The notes under the pieces are model-generated. The model saw nothing but the letters and a program-made list of their open reading frames with translations, did no database searches and was not told the DNA's origin. A program made the position numbers and the translations under genes. Shown here in pieces: positions 45,950 to 58,324 of a stretch of 64,000 nt of DNA; position 1 is the stretch's first letter, and each line of letters begins with the position of its first letter. Location: the NCBI GenBank assembly GCA_950097015.1, contig CATNEN010000038.1:5084001-5148000 (forward strand), read 5' to 3'. The stretch is from Macrostomum hystrix. Its lineage: Eukaryota; Animalia; Platyhelminthes.

Positions 45950-47090
45950 GACAGTCACTTCTGAAAACTGTGTCAGTCACTTCTGAACACTGTGTCAGTC
46001 ACTTCTGAACACTGTCAGTCACTTCTGAACACTGTCAGTCACTTCTGAACACTGTCAGTCACTTCTGAACACTGTGTCAGTCACTTCTGAACACTGTCAG
46101 TCACTTCTGAACACTGTGTCAGTCACTTCTGAACACTGTGTCAGTCACTTCTGAACACTGTCAGTCACTTCTGAACACTGTCAGTCACTTCTGAACACTG
46201 TGTCAGTCACTTCTGAACACTGTCAGTCACTTCTGAACACTGTGTCAGTCACTTCTGAACACTGTCAGTCACTTCTGAACACTGTGTCAGTCACTTCTGA
46301 ACACTGTGTCAGTCACTTCTGAACACTGTCAGTCACTTCTGAACACTGTGTCAGTCACTTCTGAACACTGTCAGTCACTTCTGAACACTGTGTCAGTCAC
46401 TTCTGAACACTGTGTCAGTCACTTCTGAACACTGTGTCAGTCACTTCTGAATACTGTGTCAGTCACTTCTGAATACTGTCAGTCACTTCTGAACTCTGTG
46501 TCAGTCACTTCTGAACACTGTGTCAGTCAATTCTGAACACTGTCAGTCACTTCTGAACACTGTGACAGTCACTTCTGAACACTGTGTCAGTCACTTCTGA
46601 ACACTGTGACAGTCACTTCTGAACACTGTCAGTCACTTCTGAACACTGTGTCAGTCACTTCTGAACACTGTCAGTCACTTCTGAACACTGTGTCAGTCAC
46701 TTCTGAACACTGTGTCAGTCACTTCTGAACACTGTGTCAGTCACTTCTGAATACTGTGTCAGTCACTTCTGAATACTGTCAGTCACTTCTGAACTCTGTG
46801 TCAGTCACTTCTGAACACTGTCAGTCACTTCTGAACACTGTGTCAGTCAATTCTGAACACTGTCAGTCACTTCTGAACACTGTGACAGTCACTTCTGAAC
46901 ACTGTGTCAGTCACTTCTGAACACTGTGACAGTCACTTCTGAACACTGTGTCAGTCACTTCTGAACACTGTCAGTCACTTCTGAACACTGTGTCAGTCAC
47001 TTCTAACAATGTGTCAGTCACTTCTAACAATGTGTCAGTCACTTCTAACAATGTGTCAGTCACTTCTAACAATGTGTCAGTCACTTTTGA
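45950..47090. repeat. 20/22-bp minisatellite (TCAGTCACTTCTGAACACTG[TG])
   Basis: Tandem units differing by one TG. Confidence 0.97.
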
Positions 47091-47174
47091 AGGTGGAACA
47101 TGAGAAATAGTTTGACTGTAAAAGAGGGTCAATGACTCAATCGTCGCTTCTAAACCAGCTCAGGTTACGGCCAA

Positions 47175-48393
47175 TCACTTGTTGACATTCTGGGCGAACA
47201 GGTCCAACTGCCGCCTATCAGCGGGACTCGGCGCCAGGTCGGCCGGCGTCCGGCCCTCCTTGTTGGGTTGGGCCAGGCTGGCGCCAGCTTCGATCAGCAG
47301 GCGGGCGTCCTCCAGGCGGCCCTCCTCGCAGGCGAAGTGCAACGGCGAATTGCCGACGGAGTCGCAAGCTGTGACAGAGGCGCCGCGGCTAAGCAGGAGT
47401 CGAGTGACTTCAGTGTGGCCCTGAGGACAATCAGCACTGATTGGAGTTGATACCTGATTGAGCTCTCCTGTGACTCAACTCTCCCCCATCTCATCTCTCC
47501 CGAGTCTCATCTCTCCCGTGTCTAATCTCTCCCGAGTCTCATCTCTCCCGTGTCTAATCTCTCTCGTGTCTAATCTCTCTCGTGTCTAATCTCTCTCGTG
47601 TCTCATCTCTCTCATGTCTAATCTTTCCCGTGTCTAATCTCTCTCGTGTCTAATCTCTCCCGTGTCTGATCTCTCATGTGTCTTATCTCTTCCGTGTCTA
47701 ATCTCCCCCCGTGTCTCATCTCTCCTTTGTCTCATTTATTCACTAATCGGTCTCTTTCCCGACTCGTTTCTTCAGATTATTTCGGCGGCCCTAATTCTCT
47801 AAAAATAAAAGTAACCATCCATATTACTGTTTTGAAATAATCCAATTCAGATTACAGCTTCGAGATAATTCAGTCCTAGGAACTGATTATCGCATGCTTG
47901 TCAGGTAAATTACCTGAGCGCAGCTGCGATGCAGCGGTGTCACGCCGGACGTTGAATCTCTGGGCGCGGCGGCAGCGCCAGCGTCCAACAAAAGGCGGGC
48001 CAGCTCTGGCCGATTCTTAGAAGCTGCATAGTGCAACGGCCGCTGGCCGGTGGCGTTGGCAGCGTCCGGATTGGCTCCGGCAGCTAGCAGTCGCCTAGCA
48101 ACAGCCAGGTGACCAGACGAAGCGGCCAGCATCAAAGGTGTCCAAGACTGATCGTCTGGCGAGTCAACAATAGCTGAGCCATCCGACGCAGACGATGACA
48201 GGACTAATTCAACAAGGCGCTCGGCACCTTTGACGCAGGCCCAGTGGAGAATGCCTCGACCTGAGCTATCACGCTGGCTAGTGAGCAGGTCTACTTGAGT
48301 GTGCTCAGCTAGGCGAGTGCACAACTCTAGCTGGCCATCCTGAAGCAGCTGGGCTGCCTGCTGCACGCTGGATAGGCAAGAACTGCCAGACAT
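47175..48393 (-). CDS. PSMD10: Gankyrin / 26S proteasome non-ATPase regulatory subunit 10, 2 exons
   Basis: Exons 48393-47914 and 47420-47175. Ankyrin repeats LHWAC, WTPLMLAASSG, PLHYAASKNR, GNSPLHFACEEGR, NKEGRTP match the gankyrin pattern. Confidence 0.9.
47485..47735. repeat. 16-bp minisatellite (TCTMATCTCTCCCGTG) in PSMD10 intron
   Basis: Tandem periodicity of 16; same unit family as 58325-59255. Confidence 0.85.
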
Positions 48394-49879
48394 CAAACAA
48401 CACCAACTGCAAAAATTATGTTAACAAATTCCATTTCCGTGACCATATTCACAAACCTAACCTTAGTCGATCCGGACCACACTACACAACTAGCTTTAAT
48501 TACTGATCTCCATTGTCCAGGTCAAACGAATCCTCTATCTAATGGAAAATATGCCAATTTTTTAAGAAATATTGTTTTAATATACATTCTAAATATACAC
48601 TATGTATATTTACTATAAATATTGATAATTATACAAATTAAAATCTTTTAAAGACATTTTAAAGTAATTTTTAAAGCTCGAAGACAATGTTGCTCAAGAG
48701 ACTTCTGACAAGTTGCATCTGTATGGGTAGATTTTACAAGCCAATACAAAAAAATTACAAATACATGTTACATTGTTCCATTAATCTACTTAGTTTTGTA
48801 AAAAAGCAATTATATGTGAAACTATTGCCCCACCTCTACTGCAATGAATAATGGCTGTTTTATCAAATGTATGTTTAGCAACTACCATAAATTAAGAAAC
48901 TGCTATAAAAATTTCCTATTGAATCAAATCTAAAAAACTTTTTGAGATCCTGTTAAGTGTGCAGGCAAACTTTGATCCCAGGTGTGCCAATTAGAAAAAT
49001 TATTAAATACCTGCAGACTAACTTCTGAGTTAAGATTTTCTAGTTTTTTGTATACAAAAAGACCAGCAAAGGATACAAAAACCTTAAAACAGTTTTTTAT
49101 TACAAATAAACATAATGAAGACATTACTGCAAATAACAAATATGACCTAACTTATGATATAGAAAGCCTTCAAAAACAATAAGCTTTAAGTCCCAAGTAA
49201 TGTTGAGATTATGCCTGTGGTGCTATATGTGCCGTGCTTCAACTGCTGCCACCTGCTGACAAAATAGCATTCTGACACTACTTTGATTTTTAACTCTATT
49301 AAGACATTGCACCGCCTGCTTTAAGACTATAAAAATGCACCAGATTTGTGTTTATGATTTTTTACTTATTCCACATGGACAAATTGCATTAGCCAAGAAC
49401 ATATTTGCAATGGCACCCAACACCAATAGATTTCCTTGGGTATACAGGACACTGTCAATGTAGAGCTCTATTTTCTTCAACAAGGAAAGTAGTCAGTTAA
49501 TTGGCATAATAAACAATAGTCCTATAATAGTCTTAACAAGCAAGGTTTTTTTCTATCTAATGTTTGAATTGTGTATAGTCATCTATTGACATTGATCACT
49601 ATCTAATAATCTGGTCTTACAATGCATAAATATATAATACAGCTTGAACATAAACCAAGCAATGTCTTTTATTTACTAGGCTGCTAGCCCAATTAAACAC
49701 TTAAACACCACTTTGTAGAAGTTTTTGTAGACCACAAAATATTAAGCACAAATTTTTATGATAATACTTTTTTGTGGGTTGGTTGGTATGAAATTCTTTC
49801 TTACTTGCTACTTACTTTCTAAAAATGAAGCATGGAGGAAAGGGATGGAAAATATCTTTGCCAAGTGTTGAAATGTCTT

Positions 49880-51075
49880 ACCACTTAGAACTCTTTTATT
49901 TATCCCAGTTTTTTACACCTTCACTTTATGACTCTATAACAATAAACATTTGCTACCAATACAGGGTAACTAGTTGTTTTGGCCATAATCATTTTCAGCC
50001 TCAAGCCAGTTCCACCGAATTGTAAAATAATACATTTTTTGGGAATCAATTTAATTTTTTTGTTAATACTATCAACAATGATATAGAAAACAATTGACGT
50101 TTAAAGTACAAACTTACTAGTTTATAAAAATGTTAAACCCAAGTTTGGGTACTAACAAGTTCCGTTTCTGTGTTAGAGTCAAACTCTTTTAATTTGACTT
50201 TGTTTTTTAAGAAATTAAGTTGCATACATTTTAATCAAAGAGCTAAGGCGCCAGAAAAAAAGTGGGCTCCTAGACATATACTGTCAAAATGGCATTTGAA
50301 AAGATAAATGCCAGATGATCTTTCTAAGAATCATATAATAAAACAAGTTTTTATTACTTGGCAACATACATGCCCAAAATTTCATCCATCTGGTGTGACT
50401 TACTTCTTATCCAGATTTGGGACTTAGTTCCTCCCAATTGCATCCTAATTTTCAATTTGTATATGACTTATCTTGCCTTTTTCTCCTTTCTTCTTTACCT
50501 TTCTCTCTTTTCTCCCTTCTTTATTTTCTCTTTCTCTTCCTTTTCTTTCTCTCTTCCCCCAATTTTTGTTTTTTTGTCTTTGATTTTGTGACTTACCTTA
50601 GCAGGCGGCCATTTCACCCATCTGGTTTGGATAGGTTGGAGGGGTGTTAGGCATGTATGTTTTTAGTTTGTATAGTTTGTGTTTCACTGTATTACATATA
50701 TAGTAGGCCTAGTCATAGTAGCACATGTTACAGAGCATGCCCTTACTTATGTCATTTTAACAATGCTGTTTTCAATAATAACTTCAATCAACTAAGTTTA
50801 ACAAAGTAACTTTTTTTGCATTGTAATCTACAGTGATTTATCAATGTTATCAAAAACAGACAGCAGACAAAAGCATAACTAAAACAATCAAATGTGGGCC
50901 AAAATAGTTTTGGGCTGAAATGGTTATGGCCAATATTGCTTGTGCCAAAACAACCAGAATTGAGAATTCCAATACAGAAATTCATCAGAATAAAAAGTAA
51001 TTGCAAGTAAAAAATAATAGTTGAACACATCAAGTGAAGGTGTAAAAAATCCTGGATTAATAAAAGAGTTCCAAA
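49880..51075. mobile_element. Old diverged inverted-repeat (foldback/MITE-like) element
   Basis: GAACTCTTTTATT..TTTTTTACACCTTCACTT.ATG and GGCCATAA.CATTT at ~49888-50000 recur reverse-complemented at ~50915-51072. Confidence 0.5.
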
Positions 51076-51664
51076 TTAAAGTATGTGTTATACTTTCATT
51101 GCACACTTTTCCGCATGTTAGTTTTACAAGTTAAACAACATTACTACTAGTTTTACTTTTACTATATAAAGTACCAGTTTTAATCTTACTAAAACTTATC
51201 GACAGAGCTAATAGTGCTACGTAGTAGGTGCAATGCAATATTCGCAAACGCAGCTTGGCCCATACTTAACGTGCAGAATAACATGCGGCGTGCGTGCGGA
51301 AGTTCAACACATAAAAGCCCTAGGATACTAAGCAAAATCAGTGCTTTAGACAAATCTATAAAAACAGTAGCTGTACCACGGCCTTCGATTTTATTAACAT
51401 TTATACTTTAAGGTAAGGCGAAAATTAATGCTTTATACATCACTGTCTTTGACCAAACGTCTTTTTTTCTTAGTTTTTTTTTCGAGGTTTCTTTTTATTA
51501 TTTTTAACTATAACTTGTTTTCTAGAAAAGTATCTTAAACAAAGGTTTATACTGAAACCCTAAAGCTAAATCTTACGCGCACTTTGTTGAACCACAGAAC
51601 AAATTTTTAACTTTTTAAATTACATGAAAATAATTTTTTGTTGACGTCTATATTTTGCTAATCG

Positions 51665-52134
51665 TAAATTTCAGCCGTGTTGACGACTCTTAGGCTACAT
51701 CGAACATGCTCGACGGTCGCCGAATAGGCAACTCCGAACATGTTCTTTGTTCCGAGAACATGTTCTTTTAAATTAATAATGCTGATTAATGTATACTAAA
51801 TACCGCTAGGTGAAGAAAAAATAATGAAGAAAAAACTATGCCTTCCTTGGCATGAGGTCAACAAACAAGACAGAGTTAAACCATACTATAAATGTCTAGT
51901 AATATCCTAGTTCACCAGCACTTAACGTACACATTAGCCAGCAATATAGTTTTCTCTCAACGGCGCATTCAGCACGTAGCTACATATATATTTTTACAAT
52001 ACGAAGCCTTATAAATTAAAAAGAACATGTTCTCGGAACAAACAACATGTGCGGGAGTTGCCTAATAGGTGACCGTCGCGCATGTTCGATTACCGTTTCT
52101 TAGACCCTGTCTCTGTCAACACGGGTGTAAATTT
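51665..52134. mobile_element. MITE/foldback element with ~110-bp imperfect terminal inverted repeats
   Basis: ATCGAACATGC.CGACGGTC.CC..ATAGGCAACTCC...TTTGTTCCGAGAACATGTTCTTTT (51699-51769) is mirrored at 52019-52090; outer CCGTGTTGAC/GTCAACACGG also pair. Confidence 0.8.
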
Positions 52135-54474
52135 CCATATCAATGTAATTCGGTAATAAATGAAATCGATTTATGAACTAGTGAATAAATAAAGGTAGTA
52201 GCTATCGTCGATTCGGCTCAGCTGCAACAAGAAGCCTGTTTTGCAAAAATTATATTTGTTTATTTGGTTATTTAAATACTTGCGAGCAATAAATACGATT
52301 CGTGTAATGTATTTGCCTAGACATATTTAATTCTTGTGTATTTAGATTGTCTGACTTGAAATTTCTCTTCATATTAATGTGAGACAATATACGTACATAC
52401 GCACTTTTACCACGCACTTGTAAGCATATACTAGTATATTTATGGATGCAGTTGTTTTATTCACAAATTTTAATTTATTAAAATATATACGAAACCAATG
52501 AACGATTTGCGTAGAGTTTGCGCGCTGACTGTGCACTTTTGTTCGCTCGTATAGACTGAAATAGCAGTCTTCGACCAATCGTTTTAATTTCGAATGGCGA
52601 TCACACCAAATCACTTTCATTAAATTTGGGCAGTTTAAATTAGTACGCAAATGAAAACGAAATTGAAGACGAGCATTTGAGCGAGACAAATAGTTTGGTA
52701 TATTAGTAAAACGTTAACATAACAGCATTACGTCTACGCTAACGAAAAAGCATGCCGCCGTCACATAGATAGGGAAAGTTGGAACAGCTGGCCGAGAGGA
52801 TTATTAAATATAATAATTTAAAATAATCAAAGCAACGAAGTAAATAGCAAATATTACTAGACTGCTGCTCACGAGGTGGTCAAATAAAAAATTTCATTAA
52901 ATCTCAACGTGAGTAAATGTCTACAGTAAAGTAAGTTAAAAGTTTGAGTAGGACAAAAGTGCGTCAACATGAACAAACGAGGTTTAAAGGTTTAAAGGTT
53001 TAAAAGGAGGAACAAAGAAAAGAACAAAAGAGTTACAATAGTGTAATAAACATTTTTTGTAAATTTCACTTTCGTACATCAAAAGGTAAAAACGTGTTTT
53101 TCGAGGTGCAAAAATTCTCATTTTTTCTAAGTTTGGCATGAAGCAGTTTAAAGGTCGCGCGTCAGCGTCAGCGTCAGCGCGACCTTTGAGCTGCTGAACT
53201 ATTGACTGTTCTACAAAAGTACAGGTGTGCTTAAAAAGTACATTTTTATTGGTGCATTTTGAGGCCTTCTTATGTAGAGAAGACAGCCTTCTAAAGGCTT
53301 AGTGTCGCACGTTTCTACAATCATCTGGATGTTGCCTAAATTACTGGGTTGGTTTCAGTTTGTTATAGTGCATTGCACGATTTTTTCTGGCTTTAAAGTT
53401 CAAAAACGTGTTTTTGGTCAGTTTTCGTCTTTTTTTACTTATAGAATCAGCCCTAAGTGCAATATAATTGTCACTGTACCGCTTTCCTAAAATTTATGAC
53501 AAAGCTTGGTATACTCACAAGTTGCACCCTCAATGCATTCAAAAGACACAATTTGTGCAACGTGGCCATATCTCATTCGAATTCCACACGCAAAAAAATT
53601 GAAAACTTTGGGGTGCAAAATGACATTGGCAAAAACTGCAATTAAAAAAAACTGTGCATTGTTTTAAAATTTTAACATCTGACTGTTTAGGGCATAAATC
53701 CAGGAACAATGTTTTTCAGCTACAAACCTCTAAACTGTAGATGTGCTGTACCTCGCTAGAAAGAGCCGTCCAAGCACCTGACTAGTGACGCTAAACTCGT
53801 TTCTTAATGTTTTACTGGTCAAAAGTTCAAAATTTTCTTCAATATATAAAGGTAAAATATTTGAAGTTTTTGCTGCCTTTCTCAGCCCCAGAATGATATG
53901 AAGAGTTGATCATTTACAAAATTGTCAATTAATATGTTGGCAACCATGCCTAATAGGCAGCTTGGCTGCTTCATAAAACGAGCTTCAAAAATTTTGACCA
54001 AAGAACGACTGTCAATTCTACGTCAAAATGTATGATACCTTTAATTGAAATGGCATACAAATGAAAGACCTTTCAAAGAAGTTTGGCGTATTACAAAACG
54101 CAATAATTGAAAAGAATAATCTTTCAATTAATTCGTCTCGCGTAGGTCTAGTGTTATTTTCTTATATTTAGTTTCATTTTGTGCTTGCAATTGTAAGAAT
54201 TTAAAACGTTTTTTCGCAAAAACGATTTCTCTTAATGACAACCACGGCTTGTCAGCAGCAGCGTTAGGGTCCCGGTTCCTTGTTCTCGAGCTAGTTTCCA
54301 GCAAATTAAACTATAATAATTATTTAAAAGTCGGCACTCCTTAACTTTAGCTAATCTTTCGCTCCGACGACGCTCGCACTTACGACACAAACCGTCCTTT
54401 CAAATTATATTTAAGTTCGCGCCAGATTTCTAAGAAAGATGAAGTTAACAAAAATAAATAGTGACATTGTTACA

Positions 54475-54650
54475 ATTTATTGATTTATTTATTTATGTAT
54501 GTATTTATTTATTTAGTTATTTACCTATTTATTGATTTATTTATTTACGTATTTATTTATTTATTTATTTATTTGTTTGTTTGTTTGTTTGTGTATTCAT
54601 TTATTTATTTGTTTTGCTTCTTTTGTGTTTTATTTATTCATTTTTATATT
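54475..54650. repeat. (TATT)n-like low-complexity tract
   Basis: Directly visible. Confidence 0.85.
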
Positions 54651-56181
54651 GTACTCGATGCTTTCCCTGAAATAAACTTTGGCCCCTATAAATACCCCAT
54701 CATAGAACGGTACTTATATGTCTGTTTCCTACTTCCTCTGCTTTTTCCCTTGTCTATATATTTTGCGTTTTGGCAAAAAAACTTTTTCCAGTTATATTCC
54801 TCGTGGTTTTCAGCAAATCAAGGTACCATTTTTTATCAACTCAATTGCCAAGTTTTGGTGATATTATTAAGTCAGCAATGGTACTTTGTACTTGACTGTA
54901 CTTAAAAAGTTTGTCATGTTGGCGACACTTGGAAGTACATGGAAGTGGGTCAGTCGAAATGTAGCTCAAACATGGAATACTTGGGAAGTACTTGGAAGTT
55001 ATTATCTGATATAGTTTGGTATCAATACTTGAAAGTAACTTTAAATTCAAAATTAACATCCCCAACTTGCCAAGCTTCTAACAATACTTTGCAGTAATTA
55101 TTCAAGTATGTCATGTTTACTTTCAAAGTTACTTAGTCAAGTTTATCATAATATTTTTTCACGGGAGACGCTGACAGTCTAAAAGCATATCGATCGACTG
55201 ATAAATTTTGGATTGGGATAAGCAATGCTAAAAGCTAGATAAAAATATTTTTTAGGCTACAATTCATGATAGAGAAAATACAGTTCATATCGCGCTAAAA
55301 AGAAAGTACTTTAGGAAACAGAAACTACAGAATAGCTTTACCGAATATAAATTAAAGTGCGTTGATACTTGATGTGCTGTAGACTGCTGAGCAGCCTCCA
55401 GGCAATCTGTGAGTCAGGCTGTTCTAGGTCTGTGGGAGGGCTAGGGTTGGTAGTTAGTGTTTCCCGTGCACTGTCACTTCCGCTCGCCACCCCCCCTCCT
55501 CTCTCGTTCTCTCGTTCCAGCTCTGTCTGCGCACTGAGTCACATTGCACACCATGGTGCAATCGCTTAAGTTCGGAAGAAGACTGGCATAACAACGCTCA
55601 AATGCTCCTACTATAAGTAGAGCACAGTCCGACGAATCCTTGAGATGGTGTTAGTACCGCGGTAGCACAACTTCTGTACGAATATGGCACGTTTCTGTCC
55701 TCCAGTCTTCATGCGTTTCACATCGATTGTGTTCTCTTGCAATCTTTGTATCTTATCTGCTAACATTATTGTGAAGCAAGGCCGTGTGTTGCATTTAGAA
55801 GCATAGCACATCGCCAGGCTTCAGAGCAGGGAACCAAAGTAGCAGGAATTACTGCTAGAGCCTAAATAGCGACCGAGGAAATTAGGTGATCTAGCCTGAC
55901 TACCAGGTTGCTCCACTGCTACGAGGCATTCAGTGTTGAGGCCGGTATAAACTCTCTCTCTCGGAATCTAGTTCCTGTCTTGGTTATTTGCCAATTGTGT
56001 GTGCCACGCTACCACAGGTACAACATACTTCTAATGCAACCATACCTTCACCTTCAAGATAATGTTTAACTTGGAACAATGTCAATAAAATATATTTTAA
56101 TATGCATCCTTTAGATTCAACTGAATGGTCCAGTAGCTCATATGTTAGTTAGTGATTTCACTGCTGTTTTACACAATCATT

Positions 56182-56895
56182 TCAGACGACCTTGACCAGC
56201 TTGGTCCAGTTCGGGTCCGTCTCGATGGCGTCGCCAACGCTGGCGTCGGTGAAGTCCAGCATCCTGCAGCTGCCGCTGGCTTTGTTGTAGATGGCGGCTC
56301 TGCACTGCCACCTGTCGGCGCAGCGGAGCGCGCACTCGATCTGGAACTTTACATTACTAACCTCAGTGAAGCAGTAGTTCGGGCTGATGTTGCCGAGGCG
56401 CAGGAAGTCAGTCCGCTTGAACCAGCTGCTGTTGGGTGTCACCAGCGGCTGGCACAGAAATGAATAGTTGAATATAAATCTGGTGTCAGTAACTCCTGTG
56501 GGGTAAACAATGCCGAAGTCGTCTGTCGCATCGACATTGTCAGGCCTATTGGGCTCCCAGTCAGCAGACTCAAGCTGAGCGATGTTGCCGTTGGTGAGCT
56601 GCCAGCCGATGCGATTGGTGCCTCTCTCGATCAGCAAGTCGTTGAGGCCGATGTAGGATTGATTGGTGACCAGTTCAGTCCTGGCAGCTCTGATGAGCCC
56701 CAGGTCGATGGCCAGCTCGCCTCCGATACTGAGGCAGAATTCGGCAGCCTGGCACCAGTTCGCCCTGTTGCTGGCATTCCAGTAGGTGCAGTGCCCGCTA
56801 GACAGTCGGGTGAACGGACTGGGACAGGCGGAGCTGCACACTGCGGAGTTGATGCAGGCCCAGATGAAAATCAAGAGCACGGTGAACTTGGACAT
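56182..56895 (-). CDS. Secreted C-type lectin domain + PAN/apple-like domain protein, intronless
   Basis: Signal peptide; CPSPF..C..NWC...FC..IGGELA, YIGLND, W..RPDN, FLCQ; C-terminal CALRC...C...IYN...GSCRML. Confidence 0.85.
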   Translation of the reverse strand: MSKFTVLLIFIWACINSAVCSSACPSPFTRLSSGHCTYWNASNRANWCQAAEFCLSIGGELAIDLGLIRAARTELVTNQSYIGLNDLLIERGTNRIGWQLTNGNIAQLESADWEPNRPDNVDATDDFGIVYPTGVTDTRFIFNYSFLCQPLVTPNSSWFKRTDFLRLGNISPNYCFTEVSNVKFQIECALRCADRWQCRAAIYNKASGSCRMLDFTDASVGDAIETDPNWTKLVKVV

Positions 56896-58324
56896 TGCAA
56901 TCGTCGCGTTTTTCTGCCGGCTTCAATATTTCCTGGCGACAGACGGTAAAGAAAGCAACGAACCTCGCAAAAAAATTAGCGGCAGGTTTAATTCTTCCAA
57001 TAGAAGCTGCTTGGACAATTTTATGGGAGAAATTGTCTGGGGCACGATTTTAGAACATCGTTTGATGCCAGCATTTATACACACACTCATTTTTTCTATT
57101 GCAGTTGTAGACGTTTTACGGGCTAGCATTCAAAAGCTTGCTAGCAGCTTTTCCGGACCAGCTGATACGCCAATTGGCTTCTGCAAACCCTCCCGCGTCT
57201 CGTCACCCCCATGACAGTTTCCATATGGGCCGAGAGCTTTGCAAAACAATTCTGGTACGATGAATGCCATTAATTATTGACACAGCGATATATATACTGC
57301 CGTGGACTCACACGTTGGATATGCTTAAAATACCATTAGTACGAGCGTAATACAGGTAATACGAGCGTGTTTGCAGGAGAGCTGTGGGAACTGGCTCGTC
57401 ATTTAGTGGCACTGGACCCGCAGCCAGCGAGCCCGTATAACATTTATACGTATCCCCAAGGTCCAAAATACGTCTAAAAACGACCTCGAAAAAAGTGTTT
57501 TCGTCTTGCTCAAACAGGTTTTATTGAGCATATTTTGTGATACTTTAAGAGATAAATATATCATATTTTCATTATAAACATTCTTTCGCCAATTTTCTGC
57601 CTTTAGGTATTGTGACGTTGTTAACGCAAACAACAAAGGCAAGTCGGCAGTCTTAGAATCCTCAATTCTGGTTAACGTGGTGTAGCGGTAGCACTTTATT
57701 ATTTTTTCGATTCACTGGGGCGCACGACAATGGGTAATAATTAAAGGCAGGTGCAGGAGCTCTGGCGATGACGAACAGGCTGACTGGAAGACGAGTCAAA
57801 ATCAAGTGGCAGGGAACAGACGGCGAGACAGTGTAACAGGAGAGCGGTGGAATGGCAGCACGGAGGAGAGGCGGTGCGGAGGTGAGGAGGTGAGGAGGCG
57901 CGGAGGAGCGGAGCGGAGCTGGCTCAGGGTGCCTAGTTAAATAGGCTGGGCCTATGGTAGGGGCAATGACGCTAAAGAGAAAAATGACGCTCCAATGCAG
58001 GGGATACCCGACGACAGAAATTTTGTACCATGACACCAAGAAAAATATATCCAAGACTAAATCACTCAACTATGACACAGAATCGCATTCTCATCTTTTT
58101 AGGCTACTGTAAGTAGAAATGATTGTCTGCCTTTCCACAGTTCCAAACGAATATATTTCCTAATTCTCAAGTAATCAAATCAAAAACGAAATAAAAGTCA
58201 ATTAACTGCTATATGTTTTTCAAGTTTCTCTTTTTGAAAACCATTTATAAATCATTCCGTATTAGCAGCAAGAAACTGCTGAAAAAGCAGACCGCAACTG
58301 TGTTGTGACTGTGACTACTTAAGT

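Noticed and set aside
54660-55166. Possible DNA-transposon end (TTTTTTCACGGG) with AAGTACTT sub-repeats
   Set aside because: No matching opposite TIR or TSD found in the window.
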